Assembly: GCA_021844025.1 (NCBI GenBank)
Contig: JAKBUF010000002.1
Span: 1 to 50,771 of the forward strand
DNA from: a bacterium
GTDB lineage: Bacteria; Patescibacteriota; Minisyncoccia; UBA6257; JAGOQP01
Direction: 5' to 3'
DNA length: 50,771 nucleotides
Below, one piece after another: positions 10,043-18,862 of the stretch; the first letter of the stretch is position 1, and each line of letters opens with the position of its first letter. The notes beneath the pieces were generated by a model. The model ran no database searches, was not told the DNA's origin, and saw only the letters and a list, made by a program, of their open reading frames with translations. The translations under genes and the position numbers were made by a program.

Positions 10043-12244
10043 ATGAAACTACTTATTGTAGAAAGTCCCACAAAAGCAAAAACAATCACCAAATATTTGG
10101 GGAAAGAGTTTGAAGTGCGCGCGAGCATTGGACACATTCGCGATCTTCCAAAATCAAATAAAAACGCGGTTGATGTTGCCGCGGGGTTTGTTCCGCATTA
10201 TGAAATTCCTAAAGAAAAACAACCGGTTGTTCACGAACTACAACAATTAGCAAAAAAATCATCCGAGATTATTTTAGCAACCGACCCTGACCGAGAAGGA
10301 GAAGCAATTGCGTGGCATATAACACAAGCGCTTGCGCTTGCGAAGGAAAAAGAAGAAAGAAAAAAGGAGAAGGAGCCGATCGTGCACCGGATTGCATTCC
10401 ACGAAATAACTGAGTCGGCAATAAAAGATGCCCTCAAACATCCCCGAGATATAGATTCACATTTAGTAAAAGCTCAGGAGGCGCGCCGGGTGTTAGATAG
10501 ATTATTCGGGTACGATTTAAGCGGTTTATTGTGGAAAAAATTACGGTATGGACTTTCTGCTGGGCGCGTACAATCACCCGCTCTACGTATATTAGTTGAA
10601 CGCGAAAAAGAAATTCGCGCTTTTGTACCACAACCCTATTGGGTTATTACCGCAACTGGCATTACTCAAAAAAAGAAAAAAATTCCTCTTATCTGTGAAG
10701 AACAACCCACCACCCAAGAGACGACCGATGACATTGTAAAACATGCGCATACGGGAAGTTGGCATATTTCCGATATTACTACCACTCGTACTCGTCGAGC
10801 ACCACGAGCTCCCTTTACCACCTCTACCCTACAACAGGCCGCTTCATCACGGTTGGGATATTCTCCCAGTATTACCATGCGGCTTGCTCAAAAATTGTAT
10901 GAGGCGGGGCATATTACCTATATGCGCACCGACAGTACTACTATTAGTACTCAAGCACAACACGAATTACTTGATTACATTACTAAAAAATACGGGGGTT
11001 CCTATGCTACCGCGCGAGTGTACACCACAAAAGTCAAAAATGCACAGGAAGCGCATGAGGCAATTCGTCCCACCAATATTAAAAACGCCACGGCAGGATC
11101 AACCCCTCAAGAAAAGAAATTATACGCACTTATTACATCCCGCACACTCGCAAGTCAAATGAGCGATGCGGAATTAGAGAAAACAAAAATTATTGTGACT
11201 CATACCAAAGAAAAGCTTCCCGCTTTTGTTTCTCAGGGAGCTTATGTTCTATTTGATGGTTGGTTGCGAATTGATCCTGAGTCACACGATGAAGAAGTTA
11301 TTTTACCTGAGGTATCAAAACATGATTCGGTAACACTTACCAATATTGAAGCGCAACGCAAAGAGACTGAGCCACCGCATCGGTACTCGGAAGCGGGGCT
11401 TATTAAAGAACTGGAAAAACGAGGTATTGGTAGACCAAGCACCTATGCTTCTATTATTAAAACAATCATTGATCGGGGGTATGTTGAAAAAGAAAGCCGT
11501 TCATTACGCCCAACTCAAACCGGTGAGGTGGTAACCGATTTCCTGCAAAAATATTTTGCTTCATATATCAGTGATTCATTCACGGCAGAAATGGAAGATG
11601 AGCTTGATGATATTGCAAATGGAAAACGAGAATACACCACCACCCTTACCTCATTTTATAAACCCTTTAGTAAAGACATTTCGTCTAAAAAAGACATTCC
11701 TAAATTAACAAATTTGGGAGATGCCCCAGATCATATTGTGTGTCCGGTGTGCAATGGACCCATGATTATTAAACTGGGGCGTGGCGGAAGTTTTTATAGT
11801 TGTGCTCGATTTCCCGAGTGCTTAGGCGCCCGCACTTTGGAAGGCACTGTTTTAGAAGCCCCAAAAGAAATTGGAGAAGATTGCCCCAAGTGTAAAGAGG
11901 GAAAGCTGGTACAACGAGAAGGCAAATTTGGCACCTTTATTGCGTGCAGTCGGTATCCGAAATGTAAGTTTATTAAAAAAGATCCAAATGGGGAGCAAAA
12001 AAATGACACCGGTGTTCCCTGCCCCGTGTGTAAAAAGGGAACTATGCTTGAGCGGCGCGGAAGGTTTGGACCATTTTATAGTTGCTCACAATACCCCGAT
12101 TGCACCTATATTATTAAATCAAAACCAACTGGAAATATTTGTTCGCTTTGTGGATCACTTATGATGCAAGGTACAAAAACAATTCCCGAACGATGCTCAA
12201 ATAAAAAGTGTCCCAATCACAATCCGCATAAATTAAAAAAATAA
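10043..12244 (+). CDS. topA: DNA topoisomerase I with C-terminal zinc ribbons
   Basis: Toprim start MKLLIVESPTKAKTI, active-site region ITYMRTDS, and four CxxC...CxxC zinc-ribbon repeats at the C-terminus. Confidence 0.95.
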   Translation: MKLLIVESPTKAKTITKYLGKEFEVRASIGHIRDLPKSNKNAVDVAAGFVPHYEIPKEKQPVVHELQQLAKKSSEIILATDPDREGEAIAWHITQALALAKEKEERKKEKEPIVHRIAFHEITESAIKDALKHPRDIDSHLVKAQEARRVLDRLFGYDLSGLLWKKLRYGLSAGRVQSPALRILVEREKEIRAFVPQPYWVITATGITQKKKKIPLICEEQPTTQETTDDIVKHAHTGSWHISDITTTRTRRAPRAPFTTSTLQQAASSRLGYSPSITMRLAQKLYEAGHITYMRTDSTTISTQAQHELLDYITKKYGGSYATARVYTTKVKNAQEAHEAIRPTNIKNATAGSTPQEKKLYALITSRTLASQMSDAELEKTKIIVTHTKEKLPAFVSQGAYVLFDGWLRIDPESHDEEVILPEVSKHDSVTLTNIEAQRKETEPPHRYSEAGLIKELEKRGIGRPSTYASIIKTIIDRGYVEKESRSLRPTQTGEVVTDFLQKYFASYISDSFTAEMEDELDDIANGKREYTTTLTSFYKPFSKDISSKKDIPKLTNLGDAPDHIVCPVCNGPMIIKLGRGGSFYSCARFPECLGARTLEGTVLEAPKEIGEDCPKCKEGKLVQREGKFGTFIACSRYPKCKFIKKDPNGEQKNDTGVPCPVCKKGTMLERRGRFGPFYSCSQYPDCTYIIKSKPTGNICSLCGSLMMQGTKTIPERCSNKKCPNHNPHKLKK

Positions 12245-12248
12245 TAGT

Positions 12249-13964
12249 ATGAATGAGAGCGCGTTTCTAAACGCCATTATTCAAGAATACAAAAAGTATC
12301 ACACACTCAACGCCCAAGACGATCGTTTGATACGTGAGGCGTTTGCGTTTGCTCAAAAATCTCACCATAACCAGAAACGGGCGAGTGGAGATCCATACAT
12401 GACTCATGTAGCGTCCACTGCTCTACAACTTGCTCGTTGGAAACTAGACATTCCCTCAATTGTATCGGGGTTGCTACATGATGTTATTGAAGATTGCGGG
12501 ATTAGCCCCCAGATTATTCAAAGAGATTTTGGAGCTGAAATATTATTTTTAATAGAAGGGGTCACTAAGCTAGGAACCTTACAATATCAGGGTACGCAAC
12601 GCACCATTGAGTCCTTACGAAAAATGATGCTTGCTATTACTCACGACCTACGTGTGTTATTTATAAAACTTGCCGACCGATTGCATAATATGAAAACCTT
12701 GGGGCACTTACCTCAGGCAAAACAGCACCGTATCGCCTTAGAAACAACTGAAATATATGCTCCCCTTGCCTCACGACTGGGCATGCAGAGTCTTGCGGGA
12801 GAATTGGAGGATTTAGCATTCCCTTATTTACACCCAACTCAATATCAGTGGATACGAAAAAATATTACGAGCTCATATGAGGAACGTTTGCGATACGTGC
12901 AACGAGTACAACACGAAATTGAATCTCAGTTACATGCGGCACGTATTTATCCTATTCAAGTAGACAGTCGCGCCAAACGGATTTCCAGTTTATACAAAAA
13001 ACTACTCCGTAATGACATGGATATTGACCGCATTTACGATCTGGTTGCCTTGCGCATTATGGTGCGTACCGTTGAAGAGTGTTACTTGGTACTGGGAATT
13101 ATTCATCATATCTGGAAACCGCTTCCGGGACGTATTAAAGATTACATTGCGCTTCCGAAAATGAATGGGTATCAGAGTTTACACACTACTGTGTTTTGTA
13201 TTGATAACCGCCCCACTGAGTTTCAAATTCGCACCCAAGACATGCATGAGCAAGCAGAAAACGGTGCGGCGGCTCATTGGTTCTATGAAACACAAAAGCA
13301 GTCTCGTTTATATCAACAACATAAAGTAGGAGTTGCCGACCAGAAAGAAACATCTATTGTGAAACAATTACAAGAGTGGCAAAAGCAATTTCCGGGTTCT
13401 CAAGAATTTGTAGATGCGCTTAAACTAGATGTGTTTTCTGATCGTATTTTCGTACTTACTCCCAAGGGAGAAGTTATTGATCTTCCCGCCGAATCAACGC
13501 CGGTTGATTTTGCGTATCGCATTCACACACAAGTAGGAGATTCTTGCGTGGGAGCAAAAGTAAACGCCAAAATCGTGCACCTGGATTATTCCTTACAATC
13601 AGGAGATATAGTTGAGATTCTTACTCAAAAAAATAAAAAACCCTCTGAATCATGGATGCATTTTGTGAAAACTCGGTACGCCATGAAAAAGATAAAAAAT
13701 GCCATGCGTAAAAAGATGGCCATCCCTCAAAAAACCGAGTACCGTATTATCTGCCAAAATCGTATTGGTATGGCAAAAGATATTCTCGCAATGCTTTCAC
13801 GCAACCATATCTCTGTTATTAATATTTCCATGACTGAAAATGGACACTTTGCAACGATTCGCTTGGTAGTAGCTATTACCACCCGAGAACGCGCAGAACA
13901 GGTGTTTCTGAAACTTCGTAAAATAGAGGGAGTAAAGGAGATTAGTTTTAAGCTTATTGGTTAA
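12249..13964 (+). CDS. rel: RelA/SpoT-family (p)ppGpp synthetase/hydrolase
   Basis: HD motif LLHDVIED, synthetase region IKDYIALPKMNGYQSLHTTV, a TGS segment (FVLTPKGEVIDLP...GDIVEI) and an ACT-like C-terminus. Confidence 0.9.
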   Translation: MNESAFLNAIIQEYKKYHTLNAQDDRLIREAFAFAQKSHHNQKRASGDPYMTHVASTALQLARWKLDIPSIVSGLLHDVIEDCGISPQIIQRDFGAEILFLIEGVTKLGTLQYQGTQRTIESLRKMMLAITHDLRVLFIKLADRLHNMKTLGHLPQAKQHRIALETTEIYAPLASRLGMQSLAGELEDLAFPYLHPTQYQWIRKNITSSYEERLRYVQRVQHEIESQLHAARIYPIQVDSRAKRISSLYKKLLRNDMDIDRIYDLVALRIMVRTVEECYLVLGIIHHIWKPLPGRIKDYIALPKMNGYQSLHTTVFCIDNRPTEFQIRTQDMHEQAENGAAAHWFYETQKQSRLYQQHKVGVADQKETSIVKQLQEWQKQFPGSQEFVDALKLDVFSDRIFVLTPKGEVIDLPAESTPVDFAYRIHTQVGDSCVGAKVNAKIVHLDYSLQSGDIVEILTQKNKKPSESWMHFVKTRYAMKKIKNAMRKKMAIPQKTEYRIICQNRIGMAKDILAMLSRNHISVINISMTENGHFATIRLVVAITTRERAEQVFLKLRKIEGVKEISFKLIG

Positions 13965-14934
13965 GATAAACTCCCCGCTTGCTATCATGTTGATCAAATG
14001 TCTCACTAAAGTGGGTTTCTTTCGTTTGTGGATCGGTTAAATAATATACATATGGGCTTGTTTGCGGATTAAATGCCGCCTGCAATGATTCACGAGAAGG
14101 AGTGGCAATGGGAGTCGGGGGAAGTCCTTTATGTAGGTAGGTGTTGTAGGGACCGTCTGTCTTGAAATCATTTTTGGTGAGTACGCATGAACCCGTATCA
14201 CGCACACATGCTCCATATAAAACCGATGCATCAATTTGTAGAGGCATACCCATTGCTAAACGTTTATATATAATTCCCGCAACGAGTTGTTTGTCATGGT
14301 ATGTAGTCACTTCTTTTTCTAGCAAAGAAGCAATAATTATTTTTTTATACATATCTGCATCCGTATATATACTTCCTTTTGAAAATTCAACTAGCCAACT
14401 TTCAAACTCACGTGCCATAGTTTGCGCAACCGCATATGCGTTACTCCCCCGATAAAACCGATACGTATCTGGAGCCAATATACCCTCCAACGTAGTCGCA
14501 CGAGAACACACCGAACACACCAGCCGTAGTGACTGGGGAAGAATTTTTACAAGATCCCCAGAGGTAATTATTCCACTTTGCGCGAGTCGCGCGTCTATAT
14601 CCTGAACGCGCATACCTGGAACTATGGTGACCAATACTTCCTGTGGGCCTGCCACCAACATATGAATTAAACTAGCGTTTGATCTAGGAGTAAATTGATA
14701 CAACCCTGGTTTTAAATTATGCAATTCTCCCATAAAGAGCGTTTGCACAAAAAATAACAACGGAGAACGAATAATGTGTTGCTGAGAAAGTGTTTGTGCA
14801 ATGTCCCATGCACCTTGTCCCTTTTGAATCTCAACCGAGGCTTGTTGATGCAAGGGAACCGCTTGTGCGTATGCTAAAACACCAACGGTAATAGCAACCA
14901 TGCTTATAAATACAATGATAATAAATGGACGCAT
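13954..14934 (-). CDS. mltG: endolytic murein transglycosylase MltG (YceG family)
   Basis: N-terminal TM segment and a YceG-type core (ASLLEKE... LQIDASVLYG ... YNTYLHKGLPPTPIA). Start taken at MRPFIII (14934). Confidence 0.85.
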   Translation of the reverse strand: MRPFIIIVFISMVAITVGVLAYAQAVPLHQQASVEIQKGQGAWDIAQTLSQQHIIRSPLLFFVQTLFMGELHNLKPGLYQFTPRSNASLIHMLVAGPQEVLVTIVPGMRVQDIDARLAQSGIITSGDLVKILPQSLRLVCSVCSRATTLEGILAPDTYRFYRGSNAYAVAQTMAREFESWLVEFSKGSIYTDADMYKKIIIASLLEKEVTTYHDKQLVAGIIYKRLAMGMPLQIDASVLYGACVRDTGSCVLTKNDFKTDGPYNTYLHKGLPPTPIATPSRESLQAAFNPQTSPYVYYLTDPQTKETHFSETFDQHDSKRGVYLNQ

Positions 14935-15041
14935 AATAATTGAATGGTTAGCGGTTAGCGTTGAGCGATTAGTGGTACATAGTATGCAAGACAACGTAAC
15001 CAACGCATATCACGAGCCACTAATCACTATTCACTGAGTAA

Positions 15042-16145
15042 CTATTTTTTTACATAAAAAGACTGGATAACTCCGACCAGCATGAGATTTACCAGTATAC
15101 TTGAACCCCCATAACTTACAAACGGAAACGTTACTCCCACCACTGGTAGCACCCCAACAACCGATCCCACATTTAATATAAACTGAATGAGAAACAAAAC
15201 CACAGTTCCCAAACATAAAAACTTTGCTACGTTTCCGTCAACTAACATGCCAATGCGCAATAATCGTATTATCAGCCATAGAAACGCTCCCAGCACCACT
15301 ACTGCCGCAATTGCGCCTCCCTCTTCGGTAATGGCGGCAAAAATAAAATCGGTCTGTGCTTCGGGTAAGAACCCAAGTTGTGTTTGGGTTCCTTGTCCAA
15401 AGCCCCGTCCAGTAAGTCCTCCTGCGCCTATAGCTATTTTTGATTGAATCACATTATAATTTGCTCCCAAGGGGTCTTGCTGTGGCTGAAACAAACCAAT
15501 AATACGATCTTTTTGATACTCCTTGAATACCGACGTCCACAATAAAGCAAAAGCTATAACAAAAAATAATCCCGCAATAATCAGTCGCCGCAGTGGAATA
15601 CCAGACACCAACAAAAACCCAAGCCATATTCCCATAATAATAAGAGCTGATCCCATGTCAGGTTGTGCCGCAATAATTAATGCGGGCAAGACAGCATACA
15701 ATAACGATCCAATAATAATTTTCCAGCGCGCAATACCAATGTGTCGCTTAGCAAAAAATACCGCGAGCACCGCAATAAGAGCAAGTTTTGCCAGCTCAGA
15801 AGGCTGAAATTGAAATGGGCCCAATAATAACCATGCACGGTTTCCATTAATACGCGGAGCAATAACAAAGGTAATAAGTAGCAGAGCAATAGTAATACTG
15901 TATATGATGTTACTTACACTCGCGTGCCCAAAAAATGACCGTAGATCTAACACGGTAAATAATGCCACAAACCCAAGCCCAATCACTATCCACAATAATT
16001 GTTTATAAAATAACTCTGGTCGCGCGCTCGCAAGCGAAAGTAGGCCCGCGCTTAATAAAATTCCCAGCGCAGCCCATAATTTCCAATCAATATTTCTTAT
16101 GGTAGAGCGAATAAAAGACATAATATTAAAATTTACAGTTTCCAA
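15042..16145 (-). CDS. SEDS-family peptidoglycan polymerase (FtsW/RodA)
   Basis: Multi-pass membrane protein with SEDS signatures (LGPFQFQPSELAK, PEAQTDFIFA, SYGGSS). Confidence 0.85.
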   Translation of the reverse strand: METVNFNIMSFIRSTIRNIDWKLWAALGILLSAGLLSLASARPELFYKQLLWIVIGLGFVALFTVLDLRSFFGHASVSNIIYSITIALLLITFVIAPRINGNRAWLLLGPFQFQPSELAKLALIAVLAVFFAKRHIGIARWKIIIGSLLYAVLPALIIAAQPDMGSALIIMGIWLGFLLVSGIPLRRLIIAGLFFVIAFALLWTSVFKEYQKDRIIGLFQPQQDPLGANYNVIQSKIAIGAGGLTGRGFGQGTQTQLGFLPEAQTDFIFAAITEEGGAIAAVVVLGAFLWLIIRLLRIGMLVDGNVAKFLCLGTVVLFLIQFILNVGSVVGVLPVVGVTFPFVSYGGSSILVNLMLVGVIQSFYVKK

Positions 16146-16184
16146 TTATCAATGATCAATATATTTAAAAATTGAAAATTAAAT

Positions 16185-16234
16185 GAAAATTGGAAATTGC
16201 CGTGCCCTGTAGAGAATTTATTCTTCTACTGGGG
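16185..16234. repeat. GAAAATTGGAAATTG plus hairpin repeat (intergenic copy 1)
   Basis: GAAAATTGGAAATTGCCGTGCCCTGTAGAGAATTTATTCTTCTACTGGGG. It differs at a single base (T/C) from the 49 nt of 28640-28688. Confidence 0.85.
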
Positions 16235-16287
16235 TTGAAAGTTATCAAGTAATTTCTTTATAACTTTAGAACTTTCAACTTGATAAC

Positions 16288-17505
16288 TCATAGGTTCATT
16301 GTTCCATCCGCTTGTAGTGGATACATGTTTTGTGACGACTGATGCCGTATTCCTGCCGCTAACGCAATCATTGCCGCGTTATCTTGGCAATACATAAGCG
16401 GAGGTACTATAACAGTAGCCTGGGGAAGCGCAACTTGCAATAATTCGGAAAGTTTTTTATTTGCCGCTACTCCCCCACCCACACACACGGTTTGCGCTTG
16501 GTATTCTTGCGCGGCACGCGCAACTTTTGCAACCAATGGCGCAAACGCCGCTTCTTGAAATGATGCGGAAATATCTTTTTGTAATTGAATGGGAATTTTT
16601 TTCTTTTTGAAAACCGCGGAAGGTGAATAATTATCTACATTCACTCCCTGCGAGCGTAGGTAATATAATACGGCGGTTTTTAGCCCCGCGTAACTAAAAT
16701 TATAATTTTTTTGATGTATCATGGGGCGAGGAAATTGGATTGCTTCTTTATTTCCTTCCTGCGCCAACTGTTCAATAAGCGCTCCCCCAGGATACGGCAA
16801 ACCTAATAAACGCGCCACCTTATCAAATGACTCCCCCACCGCATCGTCAACCGTTTCCCCTAACTTTTCGTATTTGGTAAGTGAATGCAATACCCCTAAA
16901 ATGGTATGCCCGCCACTCACGATAAGAGAAATCATGGGAAATAAGTGGTTAGTGGTTTTCTCTTTTTTGAGATTTTGAGTTTCGGATTTAATTGAAAATT
17001 GGAAATTGCTGCCCCCTGTAGTGAACTTTGTTCTACTACTGGGGAAAATTGGAAATTCAGTTTTCTCTGCTAAGAGAAAACTGTAGAGATGTCCCTCTAA
17101 ATGGTTCGCTCCCACCAGAGGAATGCTCTTTTTAAAATATGTCTCGTGAATTTCTTGCGCAAATTGAATTCCTGTCCACAGTGCCGGCTCAAGTCCGGGA
17201 CCAACCGTCACTGCCAATAAGTCAATCTCTTTATTTTTTACCTCTTTTATTTTTTGCATCTGTCTCCATAAAATCGGCAAATTTTTAATATGCTCTCGTT
17301 TTGCCAATGTAGGGACCACACCCCCAAACGGCGCGTGTAACTTTATTTGTGATGCCACTAAATTTTTCTCCACCGTAACTATAGGTAAAATATATTTTCC
17401 TTCTTTGTCCGCTTTTATCCGCGTTGCATCCGCATGCATCTGCGTCACTTGTACAAGTGAGAAAGAAGTCTCATCACAACTCGTCTCTATGGCCAAAATC
17501 CTCAT
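16288..17505 (-). CDS. tsaD: tRNA N6-adenosine threonylcarbamoyltransferase TsaD, carrying an in-frame repeat insertion
   Basis: MRILAIETSCDETS, HLEGH and SGGHT motifs. Start taken at ATG 17505; the track's 57-aa N-terminal extension has no TsaD counterpart. Confidence 0.9.
   Translation of the reverse strand: MRILAIETSCDETSFSLVQVTQMHADATRIKADKEGKYILPIVTVEKNLVASQIKLHAPFGGVVPTLAKREHIKNLPILWRQMQKIKEVKNKEIDLLAVTVGPGLEPALWTGIQFAQEIHETYFKKSIPLVGANHLEGHLYSFLLAEKTEFPIFPSSRTKFTTGGSNFQFSIKSETQNLKKEKTTNHLFPMISLIVSGGHTILGVLHSLTKYEKLGETVDDAVGESFDKVARLLGLPYPGGALIEQLAQEGNKEAIQFPRPMIHQKNYNFSYAGLKTAVLYYLRSQGVNVDNYSPSAVFKKKKIPIQLQKDISASFQEAAFAPLVAKVARAAQEYQAQTVCVGGGVAANKKLSELLQVALPQATVIVPPLMYCQDNAAMIALAAGIRHQSSQNMYPLQADGTMNL
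16994..17057. repeat. repeat element inside the tsaD coding frame
   Basis: GAAAATTGGAAATTGC-TGCCCCCTGTAGTGAACTTTGTTCTACTACTGGGG-AAAATTGGAAATTC. A hairpin core flanked by 13-nt direct repeats, translated as EFPIFPSSRTKFTTGGSNFQFS. Confidence 0.8.
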
Positions 17506-17600
17506 ATCAGTAGCATACAACGCTAAAACCAAAAACTCAAAAAGAGCCCCGGCAAATTTTTCGGATGTACCTAGAAAATTTGCACAAAGCTTAATCATCA

Positions 17601-17640
17601 ACTCCACACAATGCACGCCATGGCGTGCATTGTGTGGAGT
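17601..17640. repeat. perfect 40-bp palindrome between mnmA and tsaD
   Basis: ACTCCACACAATGCACGCCATGGCGTGCATTGTGTGGAGT equals its own reverse complement (checked base by base). Confidence 0.95.
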
Positions 17641-17695
17641 ACTACAATCGGGATTAAAATATATTCCCCTAAGCAACTTCCAAGATATAAAATAA

Positions 17696-18862
17696 CTACC
17701 GTATCACCCCTCCCCCCAGTACTGCCCCCTTTTTATCATAAAACACCACCGACTGACCTTCAGTTGGGAAAAGTTTATATTGGCTCTTTTTTTCTGGGTA
17801 TATAGTTAATACCTCCTCACGCATAATTACCCGTGCCTTAAATAAGGGCTGACGATACCGCACACGAGCAAACACAAAAACCTCTTCCCTGTTTTGTAAT
17901 TTATTTTTAAAATTCTCGTCTAAGAAATTTATTTGCTTGGCAGTAAAAATACTTGTATACAATGCCACATCTCCTTCCGGAGCCACCGTAATGGTATTTT
18001 TGTGCACGTCACGTGCTACTACAAACAACTCATGCCCCGTTGCATTATGAAATCCGTGCCGTTGCCCTAAGGTGTATAAAACTGCTCCCTCATGTGTACC
18101 AATTTTTTTCCCGCTAGTATCTATTACATCTCCCTGGCCATAGGGAATGTGTTGTTTAAGAAAATCAACAAACGAAAATTTTCCTAAAAAACAAACTCCC
18201 TGTGAATCTTTTTTGGTTGCGGTAAATAGCCCCGCCTTTTTTGCCAACGCGCGAACACGAGATTTTTTCAGTCCGCCAATTGGGAATAGTATCTTAGAAA
18301 ATCGCTCTCGAGGTATTTGCCATAGAAAGTATGACTGATCCTTGTTTGCATCCTTCCCCGCCTGTAATTTATATTTCGGTCCAATTGAAAATTGCCTCTC
18401 TGTGGGAGGTCTACCAAAGGGAGAAAAATTGAAAATTGAAAATTCGCGACAAAGTCGCGCATAGTGCCCCGACGCAATCGCATCCGCACCTAGCTTTATA
18501 GCTGCCTCATACAACAATCCAAATTTAATTTCACTATTACATACCACGTCCGGGTTTGGCGTAATTCCCTGCGCATATCCGTCTAATAAATATTTTACCA
18601 CCCGATTATAGTATTCTTGTTCAAAATCTAAAACATAAAAAGGGGTGTGTAGGGTTTCTGCCACCCGCCGCGCGTCGTGCGCTTCTCTGTCTTGGCATCC
18701 ATCTACATTATACCCCCGTATAAAAACCCCAAAAACCTCATACCCTTGCTTTTTGAGCAGATACGCAGCCACCGACGAATCCACTCCGCCTGATAACGCA
18801 ACGAAGACTTTAGGTTTAAGAGTGGTATCGGTATTCTTGTGTTTTGTCCAAATTCTTTCCAT
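17696..18862 (-). CDS. mnmA: tRNA 2-thiouridine(34) synthase MnmA; native 5' end displaced by the insertion
   Basis: PP-loop VALSGGVDSSVAA and KDQSYFLW motifs. The upper coordinate is the first in-frame ATG upstream of the PP-loop and is element-derived. The frame stays open further up into the recombinase. Confidence 0.85.
   Translation of the reverse strand: MERIWTKHKNTDTTLKPKVFVALSGGVDSSVAAYLLKKQGYEVFGVFIRGYNVDGCQDREAHDARRVAETLHTPFYVLDFEQEYYNRVVKYLLDGYAQGITPNPDVVCNSEIKFGLLYEAAIKLGADAIASGHYARLCREFSIFNFSPFGRPPTERQFSIGPKYKLQAGKDANKDQSYFLWQIPRERFSKILFPIGGLKKSRVRALAKKAGLFTATKKDSQGVCFLGKFSFVDFLKQHIPYGQGDVIDTSGKKIGTHEGAVLYTLGQRHGFHNATGHELFVVARDVHKNTITVAPEGDVALYTSIFTAKQINFLDENFKNKLQNREEVFVFARVRYRQPLFKARVIMREEVLTIYPEKKSQYKLFPTEGQSVVFYDKKGAVLGGGVIR
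18383..18445. repeat. degenerate repeat element inside the mnmA coding frame
   Basis: AATTGAAAATTGCC-TCTCTGTGGGAGGTCTACCAAAGGGAGA-AAAATTGAAAATTGAAAATTCG, translated as EFSIFNFSPFGRPPTERQFSIG. Confidence 0.65.

Noticed and set aside
17506-17676. N-terminal extensions given by the track for tsaD (also dprA 8944-9093, mltG 14935-15003 and the 105-aa ORF 22916-22972)
   Set aside because: The extensions have no counterpart in the respective families, or they overlap neighbouring genes. Internal ATGs give canonical N-termini.
17405-17805. ORFs 17405..17695(+) and 17611..17805(+) spanning the 40-bp palindrome
   Set aside because: They are antisense to the tsaD and mnmA ends and run through the palindrome. 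There is no supporting signal.
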